Shown: positions 8,501 through 17,886 of the stretch, in pieces
Numbering within the stretch: position 1 is the first letter of the stretch
Layout: the number at the start of each line of letters is the position of its first letter
Origin: Catajapyx aquilonaris
Taxonomy: Eukaryota
Reading direction: 5' to 3'
DNA length: 64,000 bases
NCBI GenBank assembly: GCA_000934665.2
Contig: KZ538353.1
Coordinates: forward strand, 1-64,000
Program-made: the position numbers and the translations under genes
Notes under the pieces: generated by a model
Database searches by the model: none
Told to the model about the DNA's origin: nothing
The model's input: the letters and a program-made list of their open reading frames with translations, nothing else

Positions 8501-10808
8501 TCTACCGCTTGATAATGCAAATCCTAGTTTATATAAGCCAATCCCAAGCAGCACTTCTTAAATCAATGCCTTTGAGGCAGGTCATACTGTATTTGTCGAT
8601 GTTTTCTCCATCCAACCCGATCTACCCTCAACTGGCAAAGTGCCCATAAGCAGATTTATGTTCTTATCTGCAGTCAAGGTTGAACAACACTATCTTCATA
8701 ACACTATCCCATCCAACCCTACAGCTCACAATCTGCACATCAACTTTGGATTATAAAGTTCATCGCAAACTATAGGGAATTTCAGTTTTCATGGCACTTT
8801 GCCATGCTTTCCTGCAGAATGTTTACTCACAAACAACTGGGACCATTTTTAGCATGTTATTACGTGCTCATCTCAAACCCCATGACTTTCAATTGTCTTG
8901 ACTTCCGATTTTAGCTCTTTAAATATTTTTGTGTTACAATATTACACTGTTGCACTCTTTCAATGTTAACTATGGAAAGCTTTTGTCCCCAACATTATAA
9001 AATCACAGACAATATGGTTCCCTGAGTAGTTGGGAGACCCCCAATTAATTCTGACTGACCAAACTGGCTTAGGTTTTCTGTGGTTTTCCTTGAAAACCTC
9101 TGGGTAAATAATGGGCCAGCTTAAACAAAAAGGGAGAGAAAAAACCTTGTTGCTTCCTCTCCACATCCCTAATCATCTTCACAGGAAAAAGTAATGAATT
9201 TGCTGCTGTGACCCTGCAATTATGTGCTGCAAACGGCATATCCTACAATTATTAACCGTTTGAGCTTAACACCTATGCTGCCACTGCAAAGTCATAATAG
9301 GAACAAAGGCGACGCAAGTCCTCCAACTTTACAAAATTGGATACACTGTGCACTTCATAGATTACCAATAACCTTGACCCAGCCTGCACCTGCACACCAA
9401 CCACCACAAATCTCAAGTGTATGGTGATTTTTGCTAGCCAACCCAAAGGTTTCACTCATTCTCGACTGCTTATACTCCCAGTCATTGACATGTAAATAGG
9501 AGCAAGAACAGATATCACTTCTCATGGGCACCTCGCCAGTTTTTCTACCTTCGTATCCCTCGCCCCGAGAACGATCACCTTATCAGATTTTCTAGTGACA
9601 CTGCCTGTGGACATAATACAGACTTACTGTACATCTTACACAATGGCCAAACAAAGAAAACGACAAAGGTCCAACACACAATTGGGTTCAGGTGTTGCGG
9701 TTGGCATTATCTTTACACAGATCATTCGTGAATCTGGCCTGTTTTTCAAATATGCCAATTTAAATCACGCACAGAATGCTGCATAATTTTGAATGCAGTT
9801 CCCCTTCGGGTGAATCATAAGATCTGTGAAGGAGTGCAAAAATTACAAAGTACAATAACTGCCTGCTCTCCCTACTTCAAATTTTAGCTCTGCAAATCAG
9901 TATGTTCTCACTATACATGACGAGAAAATGATTTTCCACAAGAATTTTAAGAGCCAGCAGCCTTGTTGATTTTGATAACAGTACTGCATTGCATGCCATC
10001 AACTGCAAAGCTTCCGACACCAGTCATTAAACAGGCATTGAATAAACACCCTCTAGTTGTCAATGCACCTGCACATGGGCAGTGTCGTGATCTCAGCCGT
10101 ATCAGTTTCTAGCCTCCATGTCTCACAACTCCCTCTGTTCTGCCCAAGGGGTAAGTCACTCAATGACGGGCTTAGACCAGACTTCATGAGTGACTAACCC
10201 CTTAGGTTCTGCCAGTCACCTAACACCACTCGACCAGTGTCCATTGTCAATTTTGCCAACTGACCATGTGCTGCGGTCACGCTCGAGACGCTTAGTGCGA
10301 CTGCATGACGAGCCCGGCAAGTGCAATAGCACTTCCAACGTGCAGCAGCAACCCCTTCCCTCCCACTATAGTGCTGCCCCAAAAAAAGCCTTCTTCCCAT
10401 TTGCTATTTATATCCTCCCCAAAAATGATGCTTACCATTGGTCTTACCGGTGGTGGCTCCCTCCTTCTTGGAGTCCTCCTTGATGTTCTGGGTCTCCTTA
10501 ATCCCCTTGGCCTTCCCTCCTGCCTGCTTGTCCTCCCTCTGCTTGTCCGGACTCTGCTGCTGGACAGGGGCCGCCTTCTTGTTGTGCTGCTTATCCTCTC
10601 CTCCTCCACCTCCGTCTTTGTTGCCCTTCCCACCAGCGACCTGCTGTTGCTGTCCGTGAGTGGCGTCCCTGTTCTCCTTCTCGGCCTGCTTCTTCTTCTT
10701 GGCCCCCTTCGCCTGCTCGTGCTCCTTCAGCTTCTCCACCGGATCGCCCTCGTCGTCGTAGAACAGGGCGTACCGGTTCTTCACTCCTATCCCGTACGAG
10801 TTCTCCAT
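5490..10808 (-). CDS. SERBP1: SERBP1/HABP4-family (vig-like, PAI-1 mRNA-binding) protein, 574 aa; exons 10808-10436, 8295-7740, 7359-7288, 6591-6496, 6341-6077, 5982-5704, 5573-5490
   Basis: All introns are GT-AG with compatible phases; total 1725 nt. Family motifs: N-terminal [68 protein letters not shown] boxes, and C-terminal [14 protein letters not shown]. Confidence 0.95.
5704..5982 (-). CDS. SERBP1: SERBP1 coding exon 6 (RGG box)
   Basis: [42 protein letters not shown]...GGRGQ |GTCAGC. Confidence 0.92.
6077..6341 (-). CDS. SERBP1: SERBP1 coding exon 5
   Basis: Contains [29 protein letters not shown] and an acidic run; donor |GTTGGC. Confidence 0.92.
6496..6591 (-). CDS. SERBP1: SERBP1 coding exon 4
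   Basis: [44 protein letters not shown]; phase 2-2. Confidence 0.85.
7288..7359 (-). CDS. SERBP1: SERBP1 coding exon 3
   Basis: [38 protein letters not shown]. Confidence 0.93.
7740..8295 (-). CDS. SERBP1: SERBP1 coding exon 2 (Gly/RGG-rich region and [10 protein letters not shown] motif)
   Basis: Acceptor TTCATCTAG|; (D)[29 protein letters not shown]...[13 protein letters not shown]; donor |GTGAGG. Confidence 0.93.
9010..9180 (+). mobile_element. Degenerate SINE fragment in SERBP1 intron 1
   Basis: CTGACTGA..GGTTTTCTGTGGTTTTCC..GGGTAAATAATGGG..GCTTCCTCTCC resembles the core of common insect tRNA-SINEs as I recall it. Confidence 0.45.
9549..9578 (-). CDS. SERBP1: Candidate 30-nt SERBP1 cassette microexon ([10 protein letters not shown])
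   Basis: AG|GTGATCGTTCTCGGGGCGAGGGATACGAAG|GTAGAA. Phase 1-1 and frame-preserving between exons 1 and 2, but the polypyrimidine tract is weak. Confidence 0.4.
10436..10808 (-). CDS. SERBP1: SERBP1 coding exon 1
   Basis: ATG at 10808; [23 protein letters not shown]...GKTN; donor G|GTAAGC, phase 1. Confidence 0.93.
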
Positions 10809-10939
10809 CGCTGGATGGATGGAGCCGAGGGGGACACCCGGACTGGTCGGATGGCGATGGATACGGATGGTCTGAGGGGGGGCCTCCTCCTCCGTGTGTG
10901 TGATGTGCTCTCCCGCCGCACACCGTCTCGCTCTGCTTC

Positions 10940-12085
10940 CAAGATGGCGCTCGCCTCGCCTTCCCCCCACCTCCCTCTTGCGCACCCTCCCCACCGTCCC
11001 CCCTGCCCTCTGCAACCCACAAAAGATCGCAGCTCAAGGACAGCAACGGCGTAGCACAGCAGCTGCCCCAAAATCACACATTCAATCACATTCACTCGAG
11101 GAAACCAATTAAAACATTACAGAACAACCCGCCAGTAGCACATGCCCGCACTGTAATTAACAGCAGTAATTAAGCACCTGGCATTGCTCAGCACAATGAC
11201 TAATGACACACCACTAATAGCTGGTAACAGTTTAGACAAGCAGCTACATTGCACATAGCTAGTGGCTGCACGTGCAACGATCTGATGGCTGGACAATGGT
11301 CAATGGATATTTCCAGCATTTTTTTTATGGAGGGGATGGCCACTTTTGCCTACAATTGTTTTGGAGGGTTGGTCCGTTTTTGGGGGGTCATGTCCAGGGA
11401 GGACAGCAGGTTTTTTTTTTTGGTGTTGATACCGGGTGGTATATTGCGGTTGGTTCGATGAGCTGCCGCTCAATCGCGCCACATGTGCTCGGTTTTATTG
11501 ATGGAGCTCACGATGGAGCTCGAGGAAACGGCCAGGTATATTACAACGACGGGTAGATATTATAAGCGAAAACTCGCATTGCACAGAGTGGGCACTGCTG
11601 GGCAGTAAAACAATGTAGCATGGATTTTTTTAAAAAAAAAAAAAATCAGGTACGGCACCACTTTTGCGCATGTAGCTTTATTTCGCCTGCAACAGCGACT
11701 AGAACCTCTGGGGTACCTATTTTGCCTGGAATGTTCCGCGCAGTACATCACCCGACATCACCAGTACATTATAATTATTTGAATTTCCCGGTGAGTTCGG
11801 CAATGGACGCATGCGCATTGGGTTGCGCGGGTCGGCCATGATTCCCGTTATGACGTCACAGTGTTATTGGCGGGAAGGCACCCTTGTGACCCGCATCCTG
11901 CTCGTTAAATGCCAAATGCATTTAAACCCTAACCGAGTCTAAACGGCACTTAAAATCGGGTGATAATTTTGGAGGCGCATATTAACGGTTAATGGCGGCT
12001 GAGAGAGGAGTTAAACTGTGAAACGGCGTGGTCTGCCGGGCGCGGGAAAGACATCCCCGGGAACAATCGCAGTAGAGGAAGGGCA
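10940..12085. promoter_or_regulatory. Divergent promoter region between SERBP1 and ZNF367
   Basis: The ATGs diverge at 10808(-) and 12086(+). Motifs: YY1-like CAAGATGGCG 10940-10949, TTTGAA 11778-11783, NRF1/Ewg-like CGCATGCGCA 11808-11817, CRE TGACGTCA 11851-11858, E2F TTGGCGGGAA 11867-11876 and GCGCGGGAAA 12040-12049, Myb TAACGG 11983-11988. Confidence 0.7.
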
Positions 12086-12389
12086 ATGGAGGAGAAGCAG
12101 GGCGAGTCGGGTCTGGCGACGTCCGGGGGCCCAGCCAGCCCAGGATACGCCCCGGGTTGGGAGTGGTCGGACAGCAGCTCGTGCTGCGGATCCCCAGAGT
12201 CCATGGGGCAAGGGCAAGGGCGGAGGAGCGGCGGGGGCGGAGGAGGGAAGAGGGGCCGGCCCAGGGCGGACCTCATCACGGCCCTCATCAAGGAAGGGGC
12301 CACCTCGCCCAGCTCCATCAAGTGCCACTACTGCAACCGGGTCTTCCCAAGGGAGAAGAGCCTCCAGGCGCATCTCAGGACGCATACCG
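12086..12389 (+). CDS. ZNF367: ZNF367 coding exon 1
   Basis: ATG at 12086; first C2H2 finger; donor ACCG|GTCAGT. Confidence 0.92.
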
Positions 12390-13673
12390 GTCAGTACCAG
12401 ACGGGGCTTTGACAGATAGGGGCACAACAGCCAGTTGGCATCATGTTTTATTTTACTTAATTGCAAACTCATGTCAACCCAGTATGGGCGTTGTATTCCA
12501 CCAGTTAGATATTTAAATAAATTCGCGAATATTCACAAATATTTAAAGTAATTTCACATACTTTTATGTTAACACAATAAGACCATTGTGTACAAAGTGT
12601 TCCATGGCACCATGTACTTAATGCCACTACTGAGGGCCACCATGTGTGATGGCAAGGACTGTTGGACTGGAACCACAAGTTAGTAACTCAAATGGGCAAA
12701 GCACTGCTATTAAACACTGAATAATAATGCGACATTGGTTTTAAATTTGCGATGCAGCTGAGGATGAAAGTTCATGTCATGTGGCATCTATCCAAAACAT
12801 TTAACACATTTGTCAATTCAATGCCAAAACTAAATATTTCAGCCATTGTACATGAATTTTTTGTTACTTATTTGAAAATTAATAAGCTCATTGCATTTGT
12901 TTACAGGTGAGAGACCCTACCAGTGTGACTATCCTGGATGTACCAAGCGCTTCACGCAGAGTGGCCAGCTGAAGACCCACCAGAGGCTGCACACTGGGGA
13001 AAAACCCTTTGTGTGCTCTTATCCTGGATGCCCCAAGCGGTTTACTCATGCTAACAGGCATTGCCCTGACCACCCTTCCTCTTCTCTGCAACGAAGTGAC
13101 GACTTTGTCCTTCGTACTGTGGCTGGTAACAATGCGGAGGGATCAGAGGATGTCCTGAGCTGGTTGGAGAGGTACAAGAGGCAACGCGAGGAGCGCACTC
13201 CACTTAAACAGGTGACTGGGAAGCGAATTGACACTTCCAAGCCACCAGGCGCACCCTTGAAGCCTCCCAGGAACCGGAAGCTGGAGCAAGAGAACTGGCG
13301 AGTCGACAGGGATGAGGAGAAGCTACAACCAAAGAAGAGGTGGCTTAGGGAGGCATCAAAGGATTGGCAGCTTTGGGTTGGACAGGATGAACCAATGGAA
13401 GGCGTCACTCCCCTGAACCAAGAGTGGGGCGGGATTCGCCCTTTGGAGGACGATGCTGGTCCCAGGTGTGAGGTGGAGATGATGCCTGATTTAGACACCA
13501 ACGATGCCAATGCAATGCGTCCATCAGTGCTGCGTTTAACAAGCCAGGTTGAGGAGAGTCAGAAGTGGCTTGGAGCTATGGCACTGATCGAGCTGGCAGA
13601 AGCCCCTGATTCATTTGTGAAGGACCAGCCGCTTGACCTGTCCGATGCAGCTTCTCCCTTCCTCAGATGGTAG
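12086..13673 (+). CDS. ZNF367: Zinc finger protein 367 orthologue, 356 aa; exons 12086-12389 and 12907-13673
   Basis: [97 protein letters not shown] and C-terminal GAMALIELA match ZNF367. Phase-1 GT-AG intron at 12390-12906. Confidence 0.95.
12907..13673 (+). CDS. ZNF367: ZNF367 coding exon 2
   Basis: TTTGTTTACAG|GTGAGAGACCC; fingers 2-3; TAG at 13671-13673. Confidence 0.94.
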
Positions 13674-14444
13674 CCAGTGTGGCCTCGTGGTGGCTGGCAA
13701 GAGAACTTTTTCTAAGTGGGCATATGCACCACATATCCTACGTTTGAGCTTGGAAATAATTTCCCAGTAATTCTGCATGAATATACAATTGGAATGAGAT
13801 GCGAGAAAAATTAATTTAATGCAAATTGTACAATGTAATAGGGAAGATGCATGGGATGAATTTTTAAAAATCTCAATGATAAAATGCGTTGTACAAACAT
13901 GTGCACTGATATTTTGATAGTGCCTACTTCTGGTGTGTTGATGATACCAGTTGACTGTGCTTGGTGGCTACCAGAAATAATTCCAAATTTATATATTAAC
14001 TGTAGTGATTTTATGTTTCTTCACTTTAAAAGTGTACATGAACATGCCGGTGATTTGTCCCAAGTTAATTGTAAAAAAAAATTGCATTGACATTCAAAAT
14101 GTTCTAGGGGTGGTAAGTTTTAAACTTGGAGCCACTTGTGATTTTCATTCCCCTTGCTTGTAACATAGTGTAGTGTTTTTTACGCCTGTAATTTTTGTAT
14201 CTTTTATTAATTGATGACCATACAGTTCCGACTGTATTTGATTGGATTTTTTCTATTAGTCATGTCGTACCTGGAAAATATGAAGAAGATATATGAGTGA
14301 AAAATATGAAACTATTTTCTGTGTAGTCCTTGGAACCACTATTCAGAGCTTCTTTTTTATTGATTATTTTTCAACGGGAAATAGAACGCACCGCCATTCT
14401 GGCAAATTGGTAATGCACATGTGAATTCCCCATACAATTGTAGT

Positions 14445-14450
14445 AATAAA
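14445..14450 (+). terminator. Candidate poly(A) signal of ZNF367
   Basis: AATAAA ~770 nt after the stop, in an AU-rich UTR-like stretch with T-rich sequence downstream. Confidence 0.45.
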
Positions 14451-14949
14451 ACAGAATTTTAATGCTTTGAACATTCACTGTCATTCATACCCCTTAATAT
14501 TTTTTTCTCATTACAGATCATGTAAAAAATTGTTTTTGCTGCAACTGATGGGTAAAACTTATTTTCGAAGATGCTGAACTGATCCACAGTATTTTTAAAT
14601 TTTTAATTTAATTTTAATACCACATGCTCAGAAGAAAGGGCATGAACGGGCATGAAGAAAGTCCTGTTTTGGGTGGGGACAAACTCTCACATTCTTAAGG
14701 TTTACATTTATCTGTGATTTTTTTCCCACTTAGCTTCTAATTAGTACATTGAACTGATATGCAGTACCGATTCCGAATCCTCTTTGGCCTGTCACACTAA
14801 TTTTTCTGCACATATGCGAATTTCCCGGGAATTTCCTTTGTTCTGTTTACATCATGATGTAACACCAAACATTGACATTTCATTAAATTTCCTGCATGTA
14901 ATTTTTTTTGCAAATAATTTTGCGTGAATGTAATCATGGCATATGAACA

Positions 14950-15612
14950 GGAATTTGGGTTTTTAACGGTTCAACGTACGTTATGACATCGCCGTACCGT
15001 TCGGTACCGTTCGGTACCGATGCATCCAAGCTAGTACAAATATGCCCTACAGATGGCGTTCTCATCGCGAAACTGCGACTTACTCAAACAAAGCCGCTTC
15101 TCCCACCATCCACCAGACGGAAGCACAATCGTTCATAAAACAGTGGTGTTAACCGGTGTTAACTAATTCTACTTATCTCCTGCCAACTATTTAACTTTAC
15201 GATGCTAAACGTGGTTTAAGTTAACCTGTGTTTAATCCAGGACGGACCCCGCTCGTCACCTGTTCCCCGTTCGGTGTTCCATACCCAGAATGCATTGCGC
15301 CAATCAACATGAGTCCGTAGGTGAGCGAATGTTTACTGTTTTCCCGCAGTTAGGTTCCAGGCGGCCGAGTGAACGGGACAGATCGCCCCAAGAGTGGGAC
15401 CTGCGTCGCGCTCCCGGCCTTCCACACATCCCACCTGCCCACACATCCTGACAGAACATCACGTGCAGGGGCGGGACGGGGGGGATACAGGGGCGAGCAC
15501 TAGGGCTCGCACTTTTGTTAGGCGGAGGCTGCTGCTTTTCCCCCCTGTTCTGGGATCCCTTCTTTCCCCGGTTCCTTTTTCTTAGCTCGTTCGCTCGGCC
15601 ACGATTTTCAAG
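14950..15612 (+). promoter_or_regulatory. Probable RNF220 promoter and non-coding first exon
   Basis: CpG-rich island ending in a donor TTCAAG|GTAACG at 15612/15613. The RNF220 ATG sits directly after an acceptor, so an upstream exon is required. The TSS is not determined. Confidence 0.55.
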
Positions 15613-16539
15613 GTAACGGGGTGTCAGCTGAAGGGTGACCACTGGGATTGGGGTGGATTTTGACTTTTGGATGGGGACACTGCATGTTGGCCATGTGGTT
15701 ATAGGTTGAGACATTGGCACCACTGATGGCCACATGAAATATATGGGATTGATGCGGCTTGTTGGATATTTAAGTGTGTCAAGTATGGTGGACGGCAACT
15801 GTCAATTTAAAGAATAATTGTAGTTATAAACATTGGGTGGAATTATCGTTGTACTACTACTCACTTTTAACTTGGCAGTAACATTGCATTACACTGGTAC
15901 TGCTAAGTTAACTAGTAGTACAAAGAAAATTCCACCCTGTGACATATTGCCCTACTCTTATGAGAGGGATGCGGTTGCATGTGAGTACAGTTCGGTTGCT
16001 GCTAATATTGAATACGACAAGCTCCATTTACATTTATTACATGGCAATTTTTTAGCCGTTCTTGTTGCACTTGATTTTTAGGAAAGATGAATATAATTTT
16101 TGATGTAGGCTTGTTTTGTGTTAGAGCCATTCGGAGAACTGCAGCCAACAGGCGAGATTTTAGCTGTCTTTTGGTGATATTTGTGCATTGGCCAACTGTG
16201 ATGCACCCTGCTGCATTTAGTTTCCACTAATGTATTTCATAATAAGTTAATTACAGACTTATGGCAGTGACATAATGTATCATTTTGTTCAAATGAAGAA
16301 TTACAGGTTTATTGCAATAGTTGACACTGAGCTGCTTTTTCATTCAATTTCTTTAGAGAAATTAAAAACTTAGAACATGACTGCACTTTTTGGAAATGGC
16401 TGACTTGCATCATTCATGTGAACCATAACCATGGACTCGCACAAGGGGCACTAGTTCGTATTTATGCTAACATAGTGTAGGAGAACATTTGGTGTTGAGG
16501 ATGTTTGGTGACATGCACCACTTGCTTCTCCTTTTCCAG

Positions 16540-16653
16540 ATGGAAAATTCTGCCTACGTGCCCAACGCACTTCCTCCGCCAGCATTGGTTGTCTTCTCCC
16601 AAGCAGGGGGCCTTCCAGAGGCTCTTAGAATGCAGAGGCCCTTCAATCCGCAG
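16540..16653 (+). CDS. RNF220: RNF220 first coding exon (38 codons)
   Basis: CTTTTCCAG|ATG...CCGCAG|GTAAAA, phase 0. Confidence 0.9.
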
Positions 16654-17886
16654 GTAAAAAATTACATTTTGGAAACACTTAATTCTCCCTTGTATTTTCA
16701 CCCAGGGTGGAAACTACTTAAGTTTTTGCAACACTTGTAATTAATTAAATGTGGCTTTGATGACCTCATTAATTTGTGATTGGTGTTTAACCATCTGACA
16801 TGTTGTACAGAAAATAGTTTGACAATAACATAACGTATGAAGAACTGGGGATAAACAATTGGATGGGACGATGCAAATTATGTTATTTTATGTACTTTGA
16901 GGTCATTTGTGAATTACTCGACACAAATGTCAAATTTTCGAAGATTTCAAACTCAGCTTCTGTTGGCTGTCTGGAAAGTGAACCTGAATTTGTGAGATTA
17001 AACCAGATCTTATCTGTTGGTTTCAATATTTCGCCCAATTCCCGCAAATGTCTCATTATTTTCATTCTTCTAATATTCTCATAACTTACATTTGGATTGA
17101 ATATTACTTGAACATTGAAAATATTGCTTTTGCATTTATAATGTTTAAAATGATTGTTCATTTTATTTCACAAAGAATGTTAACACATCCAGTCTAATTT
17201 GAGATTCATGGTGTACAAAAATTGGAAGTTTTTTCCCCCCCTGTGGTTAACCTTTCCTGAAAGGTGACATTTCCAAATAAAACAATCCCAGCGACAGTTG
17301 CGCATATCTCGTTGGCAGGCACCGGAAGCGAAGGACCTCCACATCCCATTCACCGCAGCCAGCTTCGGCATCCGCCCCCTGGAAGGTTACCCCAGTCTCC
17401 CCGCCCATCTGCTACATCTCCAACCACATTTTTTGCATCCAGCGCTTGACCACAGAATGCCCTTCGGAGGAGGCGCCTTTAGACCCGTCACTTCTGCTGG
17501 GCCAGGCGGTGGTTCTTCTGACGAGCCGACACCGAAAGGGTTTCCTTCTGCTTTTGCCCCTCCTGCCAAGTGCAGTAAGATGGACTCTGGCTCCGGCTTG
17601 TTTTCATCTGGGCCTGCGGTGGCTGCTGCAGCTGCTGCTGTGGCTGCTTCTCTGGAGGAGAGGTCTTCTGGAAGTGGTGGCAACGGGGGAGCAACTGGAA
17701 GCGGAAGCAGTTTTCTGAATGGGCAGAGGACTGATTCTTGCTCCCCAAGCAGTGTGTCCCCACTGGCTCTGAAGTCAGAAGAGAGCTACGACACCCACAT
17801 GTCAGCTGAGGACAGGGATGGAACAGCAACTCCAGGGTCTGATGTCACAGAGAGGTCTACACCAGATGAAGGGCGCAGCTTCAGAC
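16540..17886 (+). CDS. RNF220: RNF220 (teyrha-meyrha-like) E3 ubiquitin ligase, N-terminal part; exons 16540-16653 and 17319-17886; the rest presumably lies beyond the window
   Basis: MENSAYVPNALPPPALVV..QRPF|..KDLHIPF..LLHLQPHF..GGAFRP..SAFAPPAK matches the RNF220 N-terminus (human MENSSYLPNPLASPAL..KDVHIPF..LLHLHPQF..GAFRP..SAFTPAK, from memory). Splice sites are GT-AG. Confidence 0.9.
17319..17886 (+). CDS. RNF220: RNF220 second coding exon
   Basis: GTTGGCAG|GCACCG...TTCAGAC|GTGAGT, ending in phase 1. Confidence 0.9.

Noticed and set aside
9775..9800. U1/U11-like Sm-site context CTGCATAATTTTG
   Set aside because: No snRNA 5' end or stem-loops; the motif lies within a local hairpin.
10809..11015. 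In-frame N-terminal extension of SERBP1 in the ORF track
   Set aside because: It starts at a non-ATG codon, and family similarity begins at MENSYG (10808); this is 5' UTR/promoter.
10305..11054. 249-aa leucine-rich plus-strand ORF
   Set aside because: Antisense to the Lys/Glu/Gln-rich SERBP1 exon 1; no independent homology.
14994..15019. Repeat array as CRISPR-like
   Set aside because: Only 2.6 adjacent 10-bp units with no spacers, in a eukaryotic context.
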